Part shown: positions 25,301-36,189 of the stretch, piece after piece
Layout of the letters: each line of letters starts with the position of its first letter
Position numbering within the stretch: the first letter of the stretch is position 1
NCBI GenBank assembly: GCA_030390025.1
Contig: CM059433.1
Coordinates: forward strand, 4,898,001 to 4,962,000
Origin: Squalus acanthias
Taxonomy: Eukaryota
Direction: 5' to 3'
DNA: 64,000 nt
Translations under genes and position numbers: made by a program
The notes under the pieces: model-generated
Databases searched by the model: none
Told to the model about the DNA's origin: nothing
What the model saw: the letters and a program-made list of their open reading frames with translations, nothing else

Positions 25301-25736
25301 CCAGATCTGAAATTAAATACTGCAGTCATTGACCTAAGCCACATTTGTGTACGTCCTGGTAAATAGCCAATGGCAGAGGCATGAGGAAAAAGCATGTAAA
25401 ATCTTTTCTATATAGTACAAATTGTAACCTGTAAAGTCAGTGCAGGGAAATAGTATAATTTCAAAACATAACATTGTTTTGCAATACAAACCCAAACAAA
25501 ACATGGCAATTACAGCTTATAAAGCCTTTAAAGATCTGTTTATGTATGTTGTTGTGGCTGAAAATGTTCATGGAATTCTGTACAACTTTATTATTCCCGG
25601 GCTGCTGGTGTGGTTGTTGCCAATATCTATGAATGTAGACTTCCAAATTGTCCTTTGATGGATGCATACAATGTTATTTGTTGAAGTTTTTACCTGCTTT
25701 AGGAAAACGATGCAGTTGTACATATGCTAAATATAT

Positions 25737-26027
25737 GGGACCCAAAATTCCTGGGCCATTAAGGGCACCTTTAAGTTGAGTGGAGTGAGAGGCTGAATTT
25801 GGGAAGGGACACGATTTCAACGGGTCTCCAACCCTTTCACCAGAATAAAACCTTCCGACGCCAGTGTGCTGCATGTCCCATGCCGACGTCGGAAGAGGAG
25901 GTGGGATGACATCACCTGCCAGAAATCTTGCCATGTCTCCTTCCTTCGGCTCACATGCCAAGTAAGCCCACATGACGCAAGTGAACTTAACCTGCCAGGG
26001 TGACATCCTGACAGAATTGGGGCCACT
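25737..26027. mobile_element. Possible Harbinger-like MITE
   Basis: Imperfect ends gggacccaaaattc / gaattggggcca around a GC-rich island. Confidence 0.35.
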
Positions 26028-27239
26028 ATGCCGCTTTCTTAACAAAAATTGATCACCGAGTGATGGATTGCCATTAGGCAAGTAGATACCACAACATAGG
26101 TATTTTAAAAAACGACCCATCCTTCCTGGCCCCCTGCAAGACAGGGACCGCTGTACGTGGTGTGTATAGAGTCAAGGCTGAAGCAGACAGTCCAATAAGT
26201 TCTCACTGCTGCACTTACGGCACTGGAGTGAACCTCTAGGAGTTTCAGGCCCACGGTGCTTTATAAAGATATTGTTCGCAAAACATACCAGAATATGCTA
26301 TTATCTTATCCATTTTTGCTTCTATGTTTGTAATTAAGTTTGTGCTTCAGCAGACAATAGATAGTAGCTTTATTAAGGCTTAGTGCCCAACTGAGTGCCA
26401 ATAAACAATGCAAATTCAGATTCTTGGCATTCTAAAAAACTACAGTTTGAAATATATCTTGGCAAACCTGTTTTATGCTAGTGAAACTTGAATATATAGA
26501 AATTCATGCAGTTATTGTAAGCTTTTTTTTTTGCATTTCCTTCAAATATTTCTGTTAACGGTGATTCTAGTTCCTGCCAGTAATTCCTACTTAGGCAAGA
26601 ACTCTGGGAATCCAGTTAACTTCCTGTCCTCAGTTTCTAAATTTGAGCCTGAACGACATCCTCCCCCTCAAAGTACTTTTCAGTTTAAAGGAATCTTGTT
26701 GCCCAGCATTATTTGAGCTGAAGAAGTCTGGCTGCAACAGTACTTTAGCTGTGATTTTCTTTTGAGGTCTCTGAAGAGTCAAACTTGAGATGTATACTGT
26801 TCAGACTGGAACAGTAGTGTCCTGTGTATCTTAGTATAACAAGTTCTGTTTGAGAATGAAATTCTTTGCTGAATAACACTTCTGTCATATCGAATACTTT
26901 GGTTTAAACTTGGAAAATTAGAAATAACAGTTCTTGTTTAACTTTCTACTACCAGAGTGCCAATTTAGAAAAAAAAATGACATTTGCTGTTTGTTAAAAT
27001 CTGCAAAGTTAGTGCAACTGAATGTGATCAGTTGGTGAGCATGGTAGTGCAGCATGTCTGACCCGAATACACCATCCAAAAAGTTCTGAGATACCTCTGT
27101 GGATGTGGCAAGACGATGCAGGGTTCTTGCTCCCTCTGCCCTTATGGGAAAATTAGAGGGAGTGTGAACTCTACCTGATTGAGTGTGTGCTTTTTTAAAA
27201 AAAAAATCCCTAATTTTCTCTCTCTTCTGAAGATGGGAT

Positions 27240-27552
27240 ACTGTTCCACAAGCACCAATAGCTCTGCAATACCTCAGCCGAAAGACAATTCTTCATATGT
27301 TAGCATTAACGGTTAATGTCAACACCAGCACACTTTCCAACAATGCCCACTGGATAGTAGTTAGGAGTAGGAACACTGGCTGATTTGACTTCTTTTTCCA
27401 CCCCTCCCCAGCTCTGGGGCACTGAGCACAATTGTAACCTCTTTACTGCCTGTCTGGCTAAGATCAGCTAACTCGGGACATTTAACTTGGGATGATCTGG
27501 ATCTGTATGACTCAGTACCACTCCAGGCAGTACCTTTTCTAACTGAGCCCAC
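27240..27552 (-). mobile_element. Old tRNA-derived SINE
   Basis: Minus strand begins gggctcagttag (A-box-like) and continues gagttagctgatcttagcc, shared with other copies. Confidence 0.5.
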
Positions 27553-27785
27553 AGGGAAATGTTTCCAGTTTGTTTGACATTCTAAAGTTTCCAAACACTT
27601 TCATATTGTGGTTATGAACAACACATCAAACTACTCATTCCTATGGACACCTAAAACTGGGCACATTACTATCTGTTAATATATTATGGCTGTGTGTTGT
27701 GTCTGGCTGTACTTTTTTTCCCAGAAAATGCTGGAAATACTCAGCAGGTCAGGCAGCATCTATGGAGAGAGAGAGAGAGAAAACG

Positions 27786-27822
27786 AGTTAACGTTTCAGG
27801 TCGATGACCCTTCGTCTGAACT
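27786..27822 (-). ncRNA. Hammerhead motif in the Penelope 3' terminal repeat, core mutated (CAGACGA)
   Basis: AGTT-CAGACGA-A-GGGTC-atc-GACCT-GAAA-CGTT-AACT. Confidence 0.6.
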
Positions 27823-28071
27823 GGAAAAAGTTAGAGATGTAACAGATTTTTAAGCAGGGGCAGGAAAGGGAGGGGAGGAAAGAACAAAAGGAAAGGTCTG
27901 TGATAGGATGAAAGGCAGGAGAGATTAAAAGACAAAAGGGATGATGGTGCAAGGCAAAAGGAGATGGTAATGGAACAAGTTAAGAAACAAAACATGTGTC
28001 TAGATGAAGTGTAAATGGGAATGGCAGAATCATCAACAGCAGTCATGTGGAAAAAAAAATAGGGGCTGAGG

Positions 28072-31000
28072 TTATAGTCTGAAATTGTTGAACTCTATGT
28101 TGAGTCCAGAAGGCTGTAAAGTGCCTAATTGAAAGATGAGGTGCTGTTCCTTGAGCTTACGTTGAACTTCATTGGAACAACGCAAGAGGCCGAGGACGGA
28201 GAGATCAGAGTGGGAGTGGAGCGGAGAATTAAAGTGACAGGCGACCGGAAGCTCGGGGTCATGCTTACGGACTGAATAGAGGTGTTCCACAAAGCGGTCA
28301 CCCAATCTGCGTTTGGTCTCCCCAAAGTAGACCGCATCGTGAGCAGCGAATACCGTATACTAAATTGCAAGAAGTACAAGTAAATCGCTGTTTCACCTGG
28401 AAGGAGTGTTTGGGGCCCTGGACAGTGGGAAGGGAGAAGGTAAAAGGGCAGGTATTGCATCTCCTGCGCTTGCACAGGAAGGTGCCGTGGGAAGGGGTGT
28501 TGGGGGTGATTGAGGAGTGGACCAGGCTGTCGCAGAGGGAGCGATCCCTTCGGAATGCTGAAAGGGGAGGGGACCATGTGTTTGGTGGTGGGATCACGCT
28601 GGAGATGGTGGAGGATAATACGTTGAATGTGGAGGCTGGTTGGGTGAAAGGTGAGGACGGGGAACCTTATCGTGGTTCTGGGAGGGAGGGGAAGGGGTGA
28701 GAGCAGAAGTGTGGGAAATAGAACGGACACAGTCATGGGCCATGTCAACCACGGTAGAGGGGAATCCTCAGTTGAGGAAAAAGGAAGACATGTTGGAAGT
28801 ACTAGTATGGAAGGTGGCATCGTCAGAGCAGATGTGACGGAGACTGAGAAACTGGGAGAATGGAATAGAGTCCTTACAGGAAGTGGGGTGGAAGGAAGTG
28901 TAGTCCAGGAGCTGTGGGAGTCAGTGGGCTTACAGTGAATGTTTGTCAATAGCCTATCCCCAGAAATGGAGACAGAAGTTGAGGAAGGGAAGGGAAGAGT
29001 CGGAGATGGGCCATGTGAAGGTGAGGGAAGGGTGGAAATTGGAAGCAAAGTGAATGACATTTTCTAATTCAGGGCGAGATCAGGAAACTGCACTGATACA
29101 GTCATCAATGTACCGGGAAAAAGAGGTGAGGGAGGGGACCTGAGTAGGACTGGAACAAAGAATGTTCCCCAAACCCCACGAAAAGGCAGGCATAGGTAGG
29201 ACCCATGTGGGTTCCCATCGCGACACCTTTAATTTGGAGGAAGTGAATGGAATTAAAGGAGAAGTTGTTCAATGTGACAACAAGTTCAGCCAGGTGGAGG
29301 AGGGTGGTGGTGGATGGGGACTGGTTGGGCCTCTGTTCAAGGAAGAAGCGGTGTGTCCTCAGGCCGTCCTGGTGGGGGATGGAGGTATCGAGGGATTGGA
29401 CGTCCATAGTGAAAAGGAGACGGTTGGGGACTGGAAACTGTTAAAGTGGCGGAGGGCATTGGAAGAGTCGCGGATGTAGGTGGGAAGAGACTGGACAAGG
29501 GGAGCAAAATTTGTCGAGATAGGAAGAAATCAGTTCAGTGGGGCAAGGACAGGCTGAAACGATGGGTCGACCAGGGCAGTCCTGTTTGTGGATCTTGGGA
29601 AGGAGGTAGAAGCGGGCTGTGCGGGGTTGGGGAACTGAGGTTGGCGGCCATGGGGGGGAAGATCTCCAGAGATGAGATGAGGTCAGTGACAGTCTTGGAA
29701 ATGACGGCTTGATGTTCGGTAGTGGGGTCATGGTCCAGGAGGAGGTAGGAGGAGGCGTCAGAGAGTTGGCGTTCAGCTTCCAAGGTTGAGTTCGGTTCGG
29801 TAAACAACAACAGCACCACCCTTGTCAGCAGATTTAATGACGATGTTGGGGTGGATCTGAGAGAACGGAGTGCTGCAAGTTCAGAGGGAGGTAGGTTTGT
29901 TGAAGTGAGGGAGGGGAGCAGAGAAATTGAGACAGCCGATGTCACACCGGCAGTTCGTAATGAGAAGATCTAGAGAGGGCAAGAGGCCAGAAGGAGGGGT
30001 CCAGGTAGAATGAGAATTCTGAAAATGGGAGAAAGGGTCAGCTGTGCGGGGGGGGGGGGGGGGGAAGACTCCTGGTCAAAGAAGTGGGCACGGAGACGAA
30101 GGCGACGGAAAAAGAGCCCTGTCATGCAGAGCTCGAAATTCATTGAGTTGGGGGCGTAAGGGGATGAAGCTCAGGACTTTGCTGAGGATTGATCGTTCGG
30201 GGTCAGAGGGGATAGTGAAAACACAGCAGGGGGTGAGATTGGAACAAGGGATGAGGTCAGAGGAAAGTGAAGGGGAAGAAGGTTCCGCAGGGGCATTGGT
30301 GTCCAAGAGTTGTTGAAGTTTACGATCCTTGACACCTGAAAGGAAGAAAAAAATGTTTTTTGTTAAAGCGCCGGATGAGGCGAAGGATGAAATGGAACTG
30401 TGGACCAGGGCAGCTTAGAGATAGTGAGTTGGTGCTGCTGAAGAGAGAGGTCAAGAGCGTGACTGTGGCGGCGCATAGCATTGAGCGTGGATCTCGGGAT
30501 GCGGTGAGAGCAGTGGTTCAAGGAGCGCTGAATATCTCGGAGATATCTGTAATCCTGGGTGGGGAAGTAGGGAAGTTTTGATGCAACTTTACAGGGCGCT
30601 GGTGAGACCGTACCTGGAGTACTGCGTACAGTTTTGATCTCCATATTTAAGGAAGGATATACTTGCATTGGAGGCAGTGCAGAGAAGGTTCACGAGGTTG
30701 ATTCCTGGGATGAAGGGTTGAGCAGGTTGGGCCTATACTCATTGGAGTTTAGAAGAATGAGAGGTGATATTATTGAAACATGTAAGATTCTGAGGGGTAT
30801 TGACAGTGGATGCTGAGAGGATGTTTCCACTAGTGGGGGTATCTGGAACTCGGGGGCATAGTTTCAGAATAAGGGGTCGCCCATTTAAGACGGAGATGAG
30901 GAGGAATTTCTTCTCTGAGGGTCGTGAATCTTTGGAATTCTCTACCCCAGAGAGCTGTGGAGGGGGAGTCAGTGAATATATTCAAGGCGAAGATTGACAG

Positions 31001-31370
31001 ACATTTGAACTACAAGGGAGTCAAGGGGTATGGGGAGAGAGCGGGAAAGTGGTGTTGAGGCCAAGATTGGATCAGCCATGATCTTATTGAATGGCGGAGC
31101 AGGCTCGAGGGGCTGATTGGCCGACTCCTGCTCCTGTTTCTTATGTTCTTGGGTAGATCCAAAACAAGAAGGGTGGAATTTCAGTTGGAATCCAAGTGGA
31201 ATAAGTTGGAGCCGGAGACAGTTGCTGAGGAAAGATATGTGGTTGTGAAAGCGAGTTTTGGTAGATACCTGATCAAACACGAGAAGGGAAACAAAAAGCA
31301 ATGAAGATAAACAAGGTAAAAGAGACAAACGGAAATCTCGTCGGAGAGAAGAGCTTCTTCAAGGTGGGCA
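28072..31370 (-). pseudogene. Penelope RT/GIY-YIG ORF, frameshifted and interrupted by a CR1
   Basis: Fragments occur in several frames of the ORF track (28072, 28298, 29105, 29441, 29535, 30969). Confidence 0.85.
30561..31149 (+). mobile_element. CR1 3' fragment nested in the Penelope ORF
   Basis: RLGLYSLEFRRMRGD; tail ttcttatgttct; tgggt duplicated at 30556-30560 and 31150-31154. Confidence 0.9.
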
Positions 31371-31599
31371 TTCCTAGAAGAAAAGTGGCAGTGAATTAAA
31401 CACTAATACAAAAGCAAAATGCTGCGGATGCTGGAAATCTGAAATAAACAGAAAATGCTGGAAATACTCAGCAGGTCAGGCAGCATCTGTGGAGAGAGAA
31501 ACAGAGTTTCCAGCATTTTCTGTTTTTATTTCAGATTTCCAACATCTGCAGTATTTTGCTTTTGTACTTTTTTCCAGTTCTTCCACTCTGCCCTTTCCC

Positions 31600-31800
31600 T
31601 CCCCCTCTCCTGAAGGTGGTATCTCATTGGGATACAAGTGTAGACAATCATTCTGGACATCCAGGCAATGTGTCACGTGGCTATTTGACCACATGGGGCA
31701 GCTTAGCCAAGCCTGATCCTGTTTATACACAAGGACATTTGTAACGGAAATGGGAGCTCTACCTGCGGCATGACATGTATGGCTCAGTGCCACATGCTTG
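31600..31800 (-). mobile_element. Old SINE-like fragment
   Basis: ggctatttgaccac...gtatggctcagtgccac resembles 47770-47890 and 27505-27525. Confidence 0.35.
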
Positions 31801-33004
31801 AGTAATTAATTAGGAAAACACTATCCTATCTAATGTTACGTGGCATATGCCTGCTTGTCCACTGTATTAACTGGCATCTAAGCAACTCACATTCGCTGCT
31901 TTTCAACCATCAAGATTTTGTCATCTTCCCATAAACTTCAACATTCCTAAGGCAGTTCTGAGGTTGCATGATTTATCAAGCTAAGAGTTTAGTAATTTAC
32001 TATTCCTGTCATCCTCTCCTGACTTGGAAAAAAAATATGCTATGTTGTCTATAACAATGTAATTTAAGATGGTCAGCAACTAATTATAACTAAAGCACTA
32101 TTGTGGGGCAAGATCAAGTATCAAAAAAAAAATTTGGAAGATGTGGTATATATTTGCTAAGTTTCGATTTAATTTCAAATTACAAGTTTAATTTATCCAT
32201 CGCACAGGATAGCACAATACAGTCTGACAAAGTGAACAGTTTTATAACTGGATCTGCTATCTGCCTTTATTTCAAAGTACAAGGCACTGCATGGAAACAG
32301 TGCAAAAAGAGTTACGTGAAGCAGAAATTTACAAGACCACAAAGTAACTTTGCGTGTGTATTATAAAAGGAGGCAGGGAGTGAGTTCATTACTGTAATCT
32401 GATTAAGGGTTTCCAACCATTTTTATGAACTTTTATAGTTTGATATTATCTGAGGCTCTCTTTTTAAATGGTAACTTACTATCTGATCTATGTTATTCTC
32501 TATATGTGCAGTGTTTTGCGACAACGAGCATCTTATTTTTTGAACCACGTGCAGTGGGATCTTCTGAGTTCCTGCAAATCCCAAAGCACTATGCAGTGTG
32601 TATTTTTATAATGGTGTCTAGCTTGCTTTTTACATTGGGGAAAAATGTTTTCTCTTGCAACTTACAAAAAAATCCAAACTTAGCAAGTATCAGCATTTGG
32701 TGTACTACAATAGAATTTTAGTTGTATTCAGTTAGTTGCCTTTTATACAGATATCTTATTAGTTTCATTGATACATTTTGTATTTTTAATGCTGTTATAG
32801 TTTCTTTTCATTGTAAGCTGTAGAAGCAAACAGCAGATGTAATTTTACTGTGTGTGTGTGAGAGAGAGCGCACAAACTTGGAGATGTTTTAGACATAATA
32901 TAGTAATTCATGAAGTCTCCAATAATTTGCAGTTCAACAGATAATGTTTTGATTACTGTAGAGTTTTGTAATGTGTAGTTTTATGCAACAAGATTTGGAG
33001 ATTG

Positions 33005-33300
33005 TGTTTCAGTGAAATCTACTGCATTGCCGAAGGTGTCACCTTTCAGATTAGATGTGTGGCCCTGTCTACTCGTTCGAGTGGATGTAAAAGATCCATG
33101 GCAGTATGTGGGGGAAAAAGAGCAGGGGTTATCCCAGTGGCCAACATTCCTCTAAACCAATACCAGCAAAAAGAGATCAGCTGGTTATTCAATTTATTTG
33201 CTATTTGTGTGATCTTGTATGCAAATAGCAGCTGCATTTGCCTAGATAATGATATCAACACTTCATAAACGAATTCTTTGGCTATGAAGTGCTTTATAAT
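33005..33300 (+). mobile_element. Degenerate DeuSINE; its tail resumes at ~34505-34545 after an inserted L2
   Basis: ctgcattgccgaaggtgtcacctttcagattagatg...ggatgtaaaagatccatggca...ggctatgaagtgcttt. Confidence 0.7.
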
Positions 33301-33307
33301 TATTTGC

Positions 33308-34345
33308 ATCGTTACCTCTGGTGTACCCCCAAGGATCTATCCTTGGCCCCCTCCTATTTCTCATCTACATGTTGCCTCTTGGCGACATCATCCGAAAACA
33401 GTGTCAGTTTCCACATGAATGCTGACGACACCCAGCTCTACCTCACTACCACTTCTCTCGACCCTTCCACGGTCTCTAAATTGTCAGACTGCTTGTCCGA
33501 CATCCATTTCTGGATGAGCAGAAATTTTCTCCAATTAAATATTGGGAAGACCGAAGCCATTGTTTTCGGTCCCCGCCACAAACTCTGTTCCCTAGCCACT
33601 GACTCCATCCCTCTCCCTAACATCCGTCTGAGGCTGAACCAGACTGTTTGCAACCTTGGTGTCATATTTGACCCTGAAATGAGCTTCTGACCACATATCC
33701 GCAGCATAACTAAGACCGCCTATTTCCACCTCCATAACATTGCCTCAGCTCATCCGCTGCTGAAACCCTCAACCATGCCTTTGTTACCTCAAGACTTGAC
33801 TATTCCAACGCACTCCTGGCTGGCCTCCCACATTCTACCCTACGTAAACTTGAGTTCATCCAAAACTCGGCTGCCCGTGTCCTAACTCGCGCCAAGTCCC
33901 GTTCACCCATCACCCCTGTGCTCGCTGACCTACATTGGCTCTCGGTTAAGCAACGCCTCAATTTCAAAATTCTCATCCATGTTTTCAAATCCCTCTATGG
34001 CCTCGCTGCTCCCTATCTCTGTACTCTCCTTCAGCCCCACAACCCCCCCCACCGAGATAACTGCGCTCCTGTAATTCTGCCCTCTTGAACATCCCTGATT
34101 ATAATCGCTCAACCATTGTGGCCGTGCCTTCTGTTGCCTAGGCCCTAAGCTCTGGAATTCCCTGCCTAAACCTCTCTCTATCTCTCTCTTCCCTCCTTTA
34201 AGACGCTTCTTAAAACCTACCTTTTTGACCAAGCTTTTGGTCACCTGCCCTAATTTATCCTTACGTGGTTCGGTGTCAAATTTTTTGTCTTATAATACTC
34301 CTGTGCAGCGCCTTGGGACGTTTTACTATGGTAAAGGTGCTAACA
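33308..34345 (+). mobile_element. L2 LINE 3' ~1 kb including RT C-terminus
   Basis: [14 protein letters not shown] segment, [23 protein letters not shown]; tail gcgccttgggacgttttacta. Confidence 0.92.
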
Positions 34346-34528
34346 AAACAACTTGTATTTATATATTTATTATTTTATTATTATTATGATGATGTCCTGA
34401 TAAGGCACTATATTACTCCTGTGCAGCGCCTTGGGACGTTTTACTACGTTAAAGGTGCTAACAAAACAACTTGTGTTTATATATTTATTATTTTATTATG
34501 ATGATGATGTCCTGATGAGGCACTATAT
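34296..34528 (+). repeat. Tandem duplication, 118-bp period, two copies
   Basis: tactcctgtgcagcgccttgggacgttttacta...aggcactata begins at 34296 and again at 34414. Confidence 0.92.
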
Positions 34529-34699
34529 AAATGCAAGCTCTTTCTGTTTGTGGAAAGCTGCTCTCTGGCAGAATTTGACCATCCAAGGAGCAGCCTTTAC
34601 CAGTCCTTCAGGCCCAATAATTTTCAAGAATTGAAATTTCCAAGTTTCTAGGCTTTGGGGGGGAAAAAGGGGGAGAAGTTTAAGGAACAAAGGAAATGA

Positions 34700-34925
34700 G
34701 AGTGAAGGGCGGGCAAGAGTATAAGGAGGAGGCGGACCTGTGTGGGAGCGGCAGTGAGACCTGAGAGAAGGCGGAGCGGCCATAAGTGCAGTTTCAACAG
34801 AGTGCTGCGAGCTGGAAGCTTACCAATCTCGCAGACCGGCAGCGGTGTTCCAGAGCCACGTCACGATTCAAAGTGACGCGGGCAAGAGGAAGCAGCTGAT
34901 TGGGTGAGTACGGCCAGGTGAGTAT
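34700..34925 (+). promoter_or_regulatory. Putative CR1 internal promoter / 5' UTR motifs
   Basis: GC box gggcggg (34707), tataag (34720), CRE-like cacgtca/gtgacg (34857-34878), reverse CCAAT attgg (34899), consensus donor CAG|GTGAGT (34917/34918). Confidence 0.4.
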
Positions 34926-35125
34926 TTATACTGCTCTATAGTTTGACAGTTAAGGTTAATAGTTTATAAAGTTTAGAAGGTCTTAATTTTTGTGGTTATA
35001 GTTTCTAAGGTCTCTGTTGTGTAGCGGGGAGTGCTAATAAACAAGGGCCCTTGAGTATATCATTTAATTGTCATGTAATTAGTGGCTTTGATTTGATTTA
35101 ATTTAAATTAATTAAAGGGTAAGTC

Positions 35126-36042
35126 ATGGCAGCACAGCTCAGCCCCGTGGCATGCTCCTCCTGCACTATGTGGGAAATCAGGGACACTTCCTGTGTCCCT
35201 GACGACCATGTGTGTGGGAAGTGTATCCAGCTGCAGCTACTGGCAGACCGCATTGCGGCGCTGGAGCTGCGAATGGATATATACTGGAGCATTCGCGATG
35301 ATGAGGACGTCGTGGATATCACGTTTAATGAGTTGGTCACACTGCAGGTAAAGGCTGCACAGGCAGGAAGGGAATGGGTGACCGCCAGGCAGGTAGTGCA
35401 GGGGTCCCCTGTGGCCATCCCCCTCTCAAACAGATATACCGCTTTGGATATTGTTGGGAGATGGCTTATCGGGGGAAGGCAGCAGCAGCCAACTTCCTGG
35501 CACCATGGGTGGTTCTGCTGCACAGGGCGGGAGAGCTATAGTGATGGGGGATTCTATTGTAAGGGGAATAGATAGGCGTTTCTGTGGCCGCAAACGAGAC
35601 TCCAGGATGGTATGTTGCCTCCCTGGTGCAAGGGTCAAGGATGTCTCGGAGCAGCTGCAGGGCATTCTGGAGGGGGAGGGTGAACAGCCAGTTGTCGTGG
35701 TGCATATAGGTACCAACGATATAGGTAAAAACCGGGATGAGGTCCTAAAAGCTGAATATAGGGAGTTAGGAGGTAAATTTAAAAAATAGGACCTCAAAGG
35801 TAGTAATCTCAGGATTGCTACCAGTGCCACGTGCTAGTCCGAGTAGAAATGGAAGGATATTTCAGATGAATATGTGGCTAGAGGAATGGTGCAAGGGGGA
35901 GGGATTCAAATTCCTGGGACATTGGAACCGGTTCTGGGGGAGGTGGGACCAGTGCAAACTGGACGGTTTGCACCTGGGCGGGACCGGGACCTATGTCCTA
36001 GGGGGAGTGTTTGCGAGTGCTGTTGGGGAGGGTTTAAACTAA
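35126..36042 (+). pseudogene. CR1 ORF1: zinc finger / leucine zipper plus SGNH (GDSL) esterase, frameshifted
   Basis: CSSC...CGKC, LQLLADRIAALE, then VMGDSIVRG, VHIGTNDIG and DGLHL in shifted frames. Confidence 0.9.
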
Positions 36043-36189
36043 AATGGCAGGGGGTTGGGAACCTGTGCAGGGAGACAGAGGAAAGGGAAGCAAGGATAGA
36101 AGCAATAGACAGGAAGGAGAAAAACAAAAGTGTCAGTCAGAGAAATCAAGGGTGTAAATCAAACATGGCCACAGTAATTAATAATTCTA

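Larger units (their letters stand above)
27722..31566 (-). mobile_element. Near full-length Penelope-like retroelement (family A): RT plus GIY-YIG endonuclease, disrupted, with direct terminal repeats and a terminal inverted segment
   Basis: Minus-strand peptides MDVQSL..SIPHQDG, GVAMGTHMGPTYACLF, RYIDD (~29105), VYGIRCSRCG, RFVEHL...VACHFNS...EQHLIFQLGTLQPSGLN. Repeat gaaaatgctggaaatactcagcaggtcaggcagcatct at ~27724 and ~31451. Approximate TSD tgtac(t)n ccag. Confidence 0.92.

Noticed and set aside
28125..29060. 311-aa Pro/Ser-rich ORF as a novel gene
   Set aside because: Mostly out-of-frame reading through the frameshifted Penelope ORF.
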